64,000 nt of DNA from the human T2T-CHM13v2.0 reference genome, Homo sapiens. The translations under genes were made by a program, and so were the position numbers. The stretch's first letter is position 1, and the number at the start of each line of letters is the position of its first letter. The stretch lies in the NCBI RefSeq assembly GCF_009914755.1, contig NC_060931.1; one strand, given 5' to 3'. The notes below the pieces were generated by a model. It had not been told where the DNA came from. It searched no databases and was given only the letters and a program-made list of their open reading frames with translations. This document shows, one piece after another, positions 49,939 to 64,000 of this stretch.

Positions 49939-51932
49939 TTCATCAAGTATCTTTTTTTTTTCATTTATTTATTTATTTATTTTTTTATTGATCATTTTTG
50001 GGTGTTTCTCGCAGAGGGGGATTTGGCAGGGTCACAGGACAATAGTGGAGGGAAGGTCAGCAGATAAACAAGTGAACAAAGGTCTCTGGTTTTCCTAGGC
50101 AGAGGACCCTGCGGCCTTCCGCAGTGTTTGTGTCCCTGGGTACTTGAGATTAGGGAGTGGTGATGACTCTTAATGAGCATGCTGCCTTCAAGCGTCTGTT
50201 TAACAAAGCACATCTTGCACCCCCCTTAATCCATTTAACCCTGAGTGGACACAGCACATGTTTCAGAGAGCACAGGGTTGGGGGTAAGGTCACAGATCAA
50301 CAGGATCCCAAGGCAGAAGAATTTTTCTTAGTACAGAACAAATTGAAAAGTCTCCCATGTCTACCTCTTTCTACACAGACACGGCAACCATCCGATTTCT
50401 CAATCTTTTCCCCACCTTTCCCCCCTTTCTATTCCACAAAACCGCCATTGTCATCATGGCCCGTTCTCAATGAGCTGTTGGGTACACCTCCCAGACGGGG
50501 TGGTGGCCGGGCAGAGGGTCTCCTCACTTCCCAGTAGGGGCAGCCGGGCAGAGGCGCCCCTCACCTCCCGGACGGGGTGGCTGGCCGGGCGGGGGGCTGA
50601 CCCCCCCACCTCCCTCCCGGACGGGGCGGCTGGCCGGGCGGGGGGCTGACCCCCCCACTTCCCTCCCGGACGGGGCGGCTGGCCGGGCAGGGGGCTGACC
50701 CCCCCACCTCCCTCCCAGATGGGGCGGCTGGCCGGGCGGGGGGCTGACTCCCCCACCTCCCTCCCGGGCGGGGCGGCTGGCCGGGCGGGGGGCTGACCCC
50801 CCACCTCCCTCCCGGACGGGGCGGCTGGCCAGGCAGAGGGGCTCCTCACTTCCCAGTAGGGGCGGCCGGGCAGAGGCGCCCCTCACCTCCCGGATGGGGC
50901 GGCTGGCCGGGCGGGGGGCTGACCACCCCCACCTCCCTCCAGGACGGGGCGGCTGGCCAGGCAGAGGGGCTCCTCACTTCCCAGTAGGGGCGGCCGGGCA
51001 GAGGCACCCCTCACCTCCCGGAGGGGGCGGCTGGCCGGGCGGGGGGCTGATCCCCCCACCTCCCTCCCGGATGGGGCGGCTGGCCGGGCGGGGGGCTGAC
51101 CCCCCCATCTCCCTCCCGGACGGGGTGGCTGCCGGGCGGAGACGCTCCTCACTTCCCAGACGGGGTGGCTGCCGGGCAGAGACGCTCCTCACATCCCAGA
51201 CGGGGCGACAGGGCAGAGGCGCTCCCCACATGTCAGACGATGGGCGGCCGGGCAGAGACGCTCCTCACTTCCTAGATGGGATGGCGGCCGGGAAGAGGCG
51301 CTCCTCACTTCCTAGATGGGATGGCGGCCGGGAAGAGGCGCTCCTCACTTCCTAGATGGGATGGCGGCTGGGCAGAGACGCTCCTCACTTTCCAAACTGG
51401 GCAGCCAGGCAGAGGGGCTCCTCACATCCCAGACGATGGGCGGCCAGGCAGAGACGCTCCTCACTTCCCAGACGGGGTGGCGGCCGGGCAGAGGCTGCAA
51501 TCTCGGCACTTTGGGAGGCCAAGGCAGGCTGCTGGGAGGTGGATGTTGTAGCGAGCCGAGATCACGCCACTGCACTCCAGCCTGGGCACCATTGAGCACT
51601 GAGTGAAGGAGACTCCGTCTGCAATCCCGGCACCTCGGGAGGCCGAGGCTGGCGGATCACTCGCTGTTAGGAGCTGGAGACCAGCCCGGCCAACACACCG
51701 AAACCCCGTCTCCACCCAAAAAATACGAAAACCAGTCAGGCGTGGCGGCGCGCGCCTGCAATCGCAGGCACTCGGCAGGTTGAGGCAGGAGAATCAGGCA
51801 GGGAGGTTGCAGTGAGCCGAGATGGCAGCAGTACAGTCCAGCTTCGGCTCGGCATCAGAGGGAGACCGTGGAAAGAGGGGAGAGGGGAGAGGGGAGAGGG
51901 GAGAGGGGAGAGGGGACTTCATCAAGTATCTT
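49939..51932 (-). mobile_element. Full-length SVA retrotransposon (SVA_D-like) with 15-bp TSD
   Basis: TSD ttcatcaagtatctt at 49939-49953 and 51918-51932; tail plus AATAAA (49989-49984), SINE-R, GC-rich VNTR about 50490-51490, Alu-like domain, 5' CT-rich repeat. Confidence 0.97.
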
Positions 51933-51998
51933 AAAAGATATAGGTGGGAAGCTAATATCTGATATCTATTCTACTTTTCCTGTACCCTTTTTCTTCCC

Positions 51999-52260
51999 TT
52001 CTCCATTTTCCTTACTATTCTCCGTTTTCCATTACTTACTATTCTCCATTTTCCTTACTACTCTCCATTTTCCATTACTTACTATTCTCCATCTTCCGTT
52101 CTCCAGTTTCCTTACCATTCTCCATTTTCCATTACTTACTATTCTCCATCTTCCATTCTCCGTTTTCCTTACTATTCTCCATTTTCCATTACTTACTATT
52201 CTCCATCTTCCATTCTTCGTTACTTACTACTCTCCATCTTCCATTCTCCATTTTCCTTAC
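51999..52260 (+). repeat. Pyrimidine-rich minisatellite with 57-bp higher-order period
   Basis: attacttactattctcc recurs at 52031, 52074, 52131, 52188. Confidence 0.92.
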
Positions 52261-53256
52261 TCTGCACTTGTGGCATCTATTTGTGTGTTTCCTTAAGTAT
52301 AGTTCTTATTTCTTATTGTTTGCTCTTTGACCCTCCTAATTCTTTCTTGGCATTTGTTAATTCTTATTTTCTTTTCTTCTATAAACTTGTGGCACAACTC
52401 CTAGGTATAAGGAATGCTACAATTTTTTAATTTTGTAAGTCAGAATAACTTTTTGTGGAGCTACTGTGCACCTAGCCAATATCACATTCAATTTAAGTTA
52501 ATTTTTGTGTCTTTTTTTCTCTCATCCTTCTCTCAAATCAGGGTGCAGAAATTGATTAGGGCTAGAAGGTGGGGGAGGGTTCTGGTCTGTGCCTGTGGTG
52601 GTTGACATCTTTATTCTGGCTCTTCTGGCCACATGATACTGCTGTTAAGAGTTGGGTCGATGTAGTCACTTTGCTTTGCATGGCCTTTGAAGTGTTTCTC
52701 AGAGAACTTTACTGTATTGACTGAAGATTCTTACTAAAAGCTTTGTGTCTTACTAAAGTAATGAGTCATCTCTCAGCATTTGGGATACTTCATTCTGCAA
52801 TCCTCGTTCCTCTGCCTCAGATTCAGGGTGGTGGAGGGATTAAATCCATACCTTTTTCTCAGATTCAGCCATTTTCAACTTTTGCTCCCCAAGCATCTTT
52901 TCTTCACTATCTCTTTACCATGTTTAGCCCTTCTCTGAGACTAGCAGCTTCATAATGTTCAGTGAAACAGAAATGCATTTTTTTCTTTCGTATGTATTTT
53001 TAGACCTTAAGAATCACATATTTTCTTCTCTTTCATAGGTAGGGGATTGGAACTTGGAAAAAGAGATATGCTTCCCTAACACACTCTGTGATGTACATTT
53101 GTCACTTATTTATGCTTAACATCTTAGGACATAACAATTGGCGAAACTATCTGTTGAGGATTATATTTGAGTGAAAGGGTTAATAAATGTCATAATTATT
53201 ATCTAATGTTATTAACAAAAGTTATTTATTTTGCTGCTTTTCTGCCTGTGATGCTT

Positions 53257-53731
53257 TGTCAGTTAGGTTCTCCAAGAAGCAGGTACCAAGATAGGATGGG
53301 AGATTTATTGGAAGAAATGACTTAAAGGATAAAGGAGGAGGGAGCCTTCATATTGCAATGCTGGTCTTACACGTGCAAAAGATGAAGGCAAGGGAAACAT
53401 TGGATAGGAGGAGATCCAGATCATAGTGCAGATGTGAAAAGGTCTTGGCTGGCCCAGTGGGAACATCCAAGCAAATGCTGCCCATTAGAGGAAGCTCATA
53501 TGAGGCAATGATCCATTAGAGGAAGCTCTTTTGAGGCAATGATGGCTTTGTTCTAGTATCTCTGTTATGCATGGTCATTGCCTGGGAGCAGCCCAAGGGC
53601 AATGTGGATCATGTGAATAACGTGGTGCTTATCAATAATGTGGGCCAGTTGAAAGTTGTTTATTTGTTATGTTTCCTTGCAGCAGGTTCTCTTGAAGGAA
53701 CATCTGAGTAGGTCATCTTCCATGACTGCCA
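53257..53731 (-). mobile_element. LTR16-like ERVL solo LTR with internal 31-bp duplication
   Basis: tgtcagttaggttctccaagaagcag...ccatgactgccac ends; ccattagaggaagctc...gaggcaatgat twice at 53482-53543. Confidence 0.6.
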
Positions 53732-53732
53732 C

Positions 53733-55171
53733 TGACGTCTACTTGGTATTTTTAGCCAGTTTTATAAAAACTATTTTTATTGTAAAATTATTTTATATTA
53801 AAGCAGTTTTAACAGTCTTCTTCATATGGGGAAGAATTCCAACAGAGATGAAATAATGGACAACTTTTTGTTGTTGAATATTCCTAAAATGTTTACTAAG
53901 ACTTTAAATATTATTTTAATGAGAGAACGTTAAAGAAGGGGAAAATGTTGTGTATCATTCTTTAGAATTCCAATAATCACAGTCAGCCTAAATATACCAC
54001 TAGATAATTCTGTTTCTTTAGTCTCTGTCATGTTTTTTAAAGGCAAAGTACTCATCACAGACTGAAAAGTCCAAAATTGTCACTGGATATACCTGTTTCG
54101 GATCAGCCCTTTTGACCCCCATTTTTTTTTGGATCTACAACCAGCTTGTTTTCAACTTAATCACCTGATTTCAAAAGGATCGGAAAAAACCCTAGCCTGA
54201 AAATCAGTCATCTGTGGTCCAATTCTGCTTTGTTGCAATGTAGCTATGTGACCTTGCAGAAATTACTTCACCCTCTTGGGTTCAGTTTACACATCTGTGA
54301 AATGAATGTATACTATTAGATAATCTCTAGGCTTCATGTAGTCTAAAAAACACTATAGTTGGAGTTGGAGGTTATGGATAACGTTTCTGTATTTCCTATC
54401 AAAAACTAAAATAAAGACATGGAGGCCATGTTTAGGAAATATGTGTAGAGCATATCTTTTGGAAAAGGGAATTAATATTTAAAACAATTTTCTATGCTGA
54501 AGGATAGGTTAATTTATATGAGATAAACTTTAATAAGAATATGGTGAGTGCTTTTTTTTAAGTAAACCTTTTATTTTAGAACAATGTTAGGGTCATAGTA
54601 TTTTAAAATAATTTTAGATTTATAGCATTATTGCAAAGACAGTGCAGATAGTGCAAGATATTTTTGCTTTGTACTTAGGTTTAAAAATATTAATGGTAAT
54701 CAGTGTAGGGTGGATGGTTTGGTGGTGGAAGGGGGCAGAGATGGGGCTAGAGGGGCAGACTATGGAGAGACTGGAATTAATGCTTTATGTGAAAAGAAAT
54801 TAGGCATATTATTTGATGTGATCCTGAAATTTTGCGACTATAAAAATTTACAGTGAACATGTACACTAAATTAATAGAGACTCACAAGTTAGAATAACAG
54901 AAGCAACAATCACGTTATACTCTAAACCTGCACCTCAACTGGAGTTATATTTTTGATGCCTACTTGCTATTTTTAGCCAGTTTTATAAAAACTATTTTTA
55001 TTGAAAATTTATTTTATATTAAAGTATTTTAAGTCTTTTTCATATGGGGAAAAATGCCAATACAGATGAAATAATGGACAACTTTTTGTTGTTGAATATT
55101 CCTAAAATGTCTACTAGGAATTTAAATACTATTTTAATTACAGAATGTGAAAGAAGGGAAAAATATCATGT
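53733..55171 (+). repeat. Dispersed ~220-bp direct repeat (53733-53953 and 54954-55171)
   Basis: Hand alignment about 88% identical. Confidence 0.93.
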
Positions 55172-55344
55172 TTTTGGTTTAGGGAACTGTGTTTTAAAAG
55201 GAACATTGAAATGTTTGTAGATCTGAACAAGAGGCACCAGAAAGATGAAAGATTTAGAAATTTTTATACAAGAGAAAACAGTGAATGTGCTGGTGTTTAG
55301 CGTAAGATAAGATTTAGCAGGGATATGCAATCAATTACTTTAAA

Positions 55345-55660
55345 AAATTTTTTGTTTATAATTTTTTAATTAAAAATTTTTAATTGACACACGATAATTA
55401 TACATATTTATGGGGTACATAGTGACATTGCAATACACAAAATATACAGTGATCAGATTAGGGTAATTAGTATATCCATCATCTTAAGCATTTATCATTT
55501 CTTTCTGTTGAGAACATTCAATATCCTCCTTCTAGCTATTTAGAATATATATTATTGTTAACTATAGTCATCCTACAGAGCTATAGAACACTACAACTTA
55601 ATCTTCCTATCTAGCTGTAATTTTGTATCTTTTAACAAATTTCTTCCTATCCCCCATTAC
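55345..55660 (-). mobile_element. L1MA 3' end fragment (a related fragment lies at about 57430-57670)
   Basis: aattgacacacgataattatacatatttatggggtacatagtga. Confidence 0.8.
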
Positions 55661-56469
55661 CTTTTAAATTAAATTTATTTTAATAATTAGGTAACCTACT
55701 CATGTAATTTAAAAACCAAAATGATATGAAAAGGTCTACAGTGCTTCTACTCCTGTCACTACTCCTCTGTTCTCCCATCTTGTTTGGTATGGATCTTTTG
55801 AATCCTTCTGAGAGTTTCTTTAGGCAATTAAAAGCAAATACACATATGCAAAAGGAATCATACTATATATGTTATTTTGTACCTTTTTAAAAACTTAACA
55901 GTATATTTTGGACATCTTTCCATATATGTGAAAGAAGGTGTCTTGGTTTGTTTTAAACAGCTGCATAGAATTTCATTCTGTGAAAGCATCATAGTTTCCT
56001 TAACCAGTCCCAAAGATGAATGCTTGAATCACTGCCCATATTCTACTTTTACAATGTTATTCATGAAAAACAAGAAAAACAAATAGCAATGCTTCTTTTT
56101 CATCTCAAATGCTTGTAGGCATATCTATAGCATAAATTCTCAGGAGTGAGACTCCTGGATCAAAACTTAACTCTGCATTTTTTAATTTTGAAAGATATTC
56201 CCTAACTGCTCTCCACAGGAGCGGTCCTAATCTGCATATCCAAGAGCAATGTATGTGAACCTACGTTTCCACAGCCTCACCCACAGAATGTGTGCTCAAA
56301 CATTTGGATTTTTGCCCATCTACTAGGTGAGAAATGGTATTGATACAGTTACAATTTTCATGCGTCTCATTATGAATGAAGTAGAATATATTTTCATATG
56401 TTGCAGAGCCTTGTTTCTCCTGTGAACTTTGTTCATACTCTTTGTATAGTTTCCAGCTGGTTGGTGTAG

Positions 56470-56952
56470 TAGTTGTAGTTGGCACTGCCAACTACGAGTT
56501 CCTCTTGGCGGCCACCTCTACAAGCTGAAAGCTGGTGGTATGAATGCTGGTACCTCTTTGCCTGTGGGCCTTTTTCCCCCTAGACATGGTGGCATACACA
56601 ATAAGTGTGTAGGAAAAGCCAGAAGTGCCACAAAGTTAATGTCTTGGAAGCATCTGTATTCCAATGTTAAGCAAGGATTTGGTGGATGAAAAGCACAGTT
56701 TCCTTTCCCCTTGATGGGAATAACTCTTAGTTATATCTGACACTGTCTTCCAGACTTTCCCAGCAAAACTGAGCTCCAGTTGCCCAGATGGGTAACCAGC
56801 TTGAAAATTCATACTTTATTCCTTCCCTGCTCTGTCTGCTTTACTACTCCATTCCCAGTATCTAATAATTTGATGATTTTTAACTTCCAGTATAAACTCT
56901 TTTACAAGAAGCCTTGCCTCAGGATCGGTTTTTAGAAGTGCCAAGCCAAGCC
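56470..56952 (+). mobile_element. LTR33/LTR16-like ERVL LTR next to decayed L1ME
   Basis: ccttgcctcaggatcggtttttagaagtgccaagccaag terminus. Confidence 0.5.
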
Positions 56953-57957
56953 AGGTTGTTAGGCCTACGTTTGAGCACTGTGCAAAGTGTGGTCTGCCCG
57001 TGGTGCTGGCTTGTGAGCTGTTTTTTACCAGTCTGTGATAAATTCAGAAATTGGGGTGAAAAGTTTAGAAACTTTTATGGCAATTTGATGTTGCCATCAC
57101 ATTTAAGGGTGTGATTTTGTGTTTTACAGACATATGCATTGATTTGTAATGAACTGGAAAAAAATGAAACAAAAATTACTGGCCCCCATCTCTGATAGTT
57201 GGTGAGGCACTGCTTTAAATGATCACACTAAGAAAAATGGGTAGAAGTACAACTAGGGAAACTTTGGTTATCTACAGAGAGAACTCCCTGATAATTTCCT
57301 GGAGTGCCTAAAACAAAAGATTTCCTGTTGGTGATGGTCAATACTCCATCATGAGAAGAGTTAAGCCTGTAGAAGGCTAGCTATAACAGACTCTATAGAA
57401 AATTCCTGCATTTGGTAGCAGATCTCTTCTGCTTTTTTATTTTCTAAAACTGACAAATAACAGTTGTACATATCCATGAGGTACATAGTCATGTTTATGT
57501 ATGTACAATGTATAGTGATCAGATCAGTGTAATTAGCATATCCATCATTGCAAACATTTATCATTTCTTTGTGTTGGGAACAGTCAATGTCCTCCTGGCT
57601 ATTTGAAATTATATGTTATTTTTAACTATAGTCATCCTACAGAGCTATGGAACACTAAAACTTATTTATTTTGCTGTAATGAAATGAGAACAGGAAGTCT
57701 GTCATTCTTTTTCATCTCTATCTTAGCATGAAAGAAAGGATTAGTAAAAATGAAATGAATACACTGGGTGGGCTCCTTCAAAATCTGTTGACTTTCTAAA
57801 AATCATAAGGCCAAGTTTAATTCTGGGTTTCTATTTTATCACAATCTGATACTTTTTGATATACAATACTGTGAGTTCCAGTCCAGCAGCCTTTCATTTT
57901 CACAAAACTGAGAAAAAAATCTCATTTTTACAGCTATAGGTAATGGAACTAAGCCTG

Positions 57958-57979
57958 GTGTGTGTGTGTGTGTGTGTGT
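57958..57979 (+). repeat. (GT)n microsatellite
   Basis: Direct reading. Confidence 0.95.
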
Positions 57980-58519
57980 AACCCTAGATTCTTCAACTAG
58001 TATTAAAGTACTAAATGAGAAGTGTTATGAAATTTCTTGCATGGGTTACTGGATCTCAAAAACAAATAAGTTCACTCAGTACACAAAGCAATAAGGTGAG
58101 AAACCAGGGAAAAAGAAAATATTTGCCTTTAAGCTCTGGAGAAGAGCTATCCTCTCCTTGACTGCCCCTTCGAGTCCTCAGGTCTGGGGATTTTACCTCC
58201 CTCCACCAGAACAAAGCTCCCTTTAGAGTTTAGGAAACCTTGTGGCCAGACTAGAGTGGGAAGATTAAAATGGCAATTGCAATGGAATTGAACTTAATGC
58301 GGGAACCACAGATCCTGTGTTTCTACAACCTTAGAGGACGAATTGAAATCAGCATAGATAAACCTGGAGTATTGAGGACTGGGCAATCAGGAATATTTAA
58401 AATGCGAATAAGCTTCTTGTCTTTAAAAATGTTTTTAAGAAGAGTTGCAGTGGTTTCGTTCACTTAGTCTATTTTGTGGATTCAAAGGGACATTTAAGAG
58501 GACAGCATGGGTGTCCCCT

Positions 58520-58790
58520 ATTATATCGTTGTGTTAAAAGGAGATGGCCCTGGAGTCAGACTGCCTAGATCCCAGCTCTGCCTCTCATTAGTTGTGTGAA
58601 CTTAGTCAAAGTACTGAGATTTCAAAGCTCAGTTTCCTCTTCTGATAAATAAGGATAAGAAGAGAACCTTAGAGAACTGTTATGAGGATTAAATAAGATA
58701 ATGCATGTGAAATTGTTAGCATAGGCTTTACGCATGGCACTCTGCTGTAAGTATCATTAAAAGCCTTCCAAAATTCCCTTACAGCAGAAA
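58520..58790 (+). mobile_element. MIR SINE (other MIR remnants at about 7740-7900, 10030-10180, 54190-54350)
   Basis: ctggagtcagactgcct...ctcagtttcctcttctgataaat...gaggattaaataagataatgcatgtgaa core. Confidence 0.8.
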
Positions 58791-58970
58791 GCAAGTAGTA
58801 CTGGATCCTTTTGGCTTTTGCTGGGTAATGGCAAGAGCACTGTCTTGCTCTTCCACACTCCCCTTTTCTCAGTCCCTTTGCCCTCAATCCCTTCATCCTT
58901 CACCTCCCTCATATGGGTCTTATCCGAAACTTTAGGACTTTGCCTCGAGCTTGAGGAGAGGTAATGCATA

Positions 58971-59911
<941 letters not shown>

Positions 59912-60056
59912 CATTGAAGAGTAACTTATACTCTTTTCCCAAATTCTACTGAACAAACCTTTAGAAGAGTGAAGGATTTTTCTAGAATGTAAACCTAATT
60001 CATTATAGAAAATTGAAGTAGGACCCTGTAAGGCTATCTGTGGGCTCTCGTGGGGT

Positions 60057-60058
<2 letters not shown>

Positions 60059-60091
<33 letters not shown>
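60059..60091 (+). repeat. (GT)n microsatellite, about 16 units
   Basis: Direct reading. Confidence 0.95.
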
Positions 60092-60093
<2 letters not shown>

Positions 60094-60879
60094 GGAGAAG
60101 TGGTAGTGAAGATGATGGTTGTGATGATGGAGAATGAAAATTGCAACTACTGTGTGCAGTACCATGACTGCCATTACACCTTAATTTTGGAACAGAGTTC
60201 CAGAAGCTTTTATGCTCTCAGAGGTGAAATGCATAATATGCATTTATCATTATCATGGCTCTTTTGTGATCCCTGAACAATAGATGAATGAAGAGCTCCT
60301 GAATGAATTTCTAATTGAAATGGCTTTTTCAGTAGGGGCTTTCCATTTGCTTCCAGCTTCCTCCAGGTTGTCAGTCCTCTCTTTATTTGTAAGTTTTAAT
60401 ACTATTTTTGAAAGCAGGATAACACCCATCAGAGCTGCAGCAGTCCAGTTGTGCAAGGCATTTAATGCCCAGTCACGCAGTCTGAATCCAACCTGAAGTC
60501 TGCTTGTCAAGCCATTAGCCTTATCCCTGTGGCGTCTGCATGGAGAAGGAAAGCCTTTTTTACCTCCAAATTCTCACAAAAATCCAGCGTGGGATAGTGC
60601 AGTCCTCCCCATTTAGCCATCTGATGCTCTCCCCTCTCTGAGGGTAATACTGAAGCACACACAGCATACTGGACTGTGCCACCCCGCTGAGCTCAAGCTT
60701 ACATTGCAAGAAGCTGCAGATCTGTTAATGCACTTTCAAACCCATGCACTGCCTTCTCTTTTGCTTATCCCTGAAGGGAAGTATTTTTAGTCCCAGATGC
60801 TGGAACTACTGTGATTCAAAACCTTTTAGTAACTTTATTTGGAATGCTGATGAGTTAAAACCAGAATTAAACAAAACTA

Positions 60880-63853
<2,974 letters not shown>

Positions 63854-64000
63854 CTAGTGTTTTGAGTTCCTTTCCCAGCCCTGGCGGATCCTTGTAAGGG
63901 TGTTGTCTACACATGGCATGATTAGGACAAACTTGATCACCAGCACAGTGCAAGGAATGATAAGCCCTAACACGTAGGCTGCAGGAAGATACCATCTGAG
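63854..64000 (-). CDS. STEAP4: STEAP4 metalloreductase, end of last coding exon ([48 protein letters not shown]); gene continues right of the window
   Basis: 49 codons read from 64000 to TAG at 63856-63854; matches the STEAP4 C-terminus (last TM helix and IRQGWE motif). Absent from the ORF track because its start lies outside the window. Confidence 0.97.

Noticed and set aside
50157-52296. Repetitive ORFs in the SVA and the 19-aa repeat ORF (LTILHFPLLTILHLPF)
   Set aside because: Translation artefacts of the VNTR and of a 57-bp repeat whose period is divisible by 3

Overview
Primate (almost certainly human) genomic DNA spanning the SRI-STEAP4 interval; both genes are on the minus strand. Left end: sorcin (SRI) coding exons 1-3 (4516-4466, 3432-3349, 1681-1612), its CpG-island promoter, and an upstream alternative first exon encoding only Met-Gln with a GC splice donor (11402-11397). 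Right end: the last 48 codons plus stop of STEAP4 (64000-63854) and its multi-kb 3'UTR. The ~48 kb in between is mostly transposable elements: over 20 Alus, a young twin-primed L1PA2-like insertion, an apparently full-length ancient L1M with nested insertions and a 5' tandem array, a full-length SVA, MER41A and MER41B solo LTRs, ERVL/MaLR LTRs, hAT DNA transposons, L2 and MIR. Apart from two ORFs overlapping SRI exons, the ORF track consists of repeat-derived or chance frames. I see no convincing new protein-coding system. The best leads are regulatory or mutational: a GAS-retaining MER41B beside cytokine-inducible STEAP4, a stacked-hairpin templated insertion in a MER58, an unexplained ~220-bp dispersed duplication, a pyrimidine-rich 57-bp minisatellite beside the SVA, and the GC-donor micro-exon of SRI. 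Repeat subfamily names and old-repeat boundaries are by eye and approximate.
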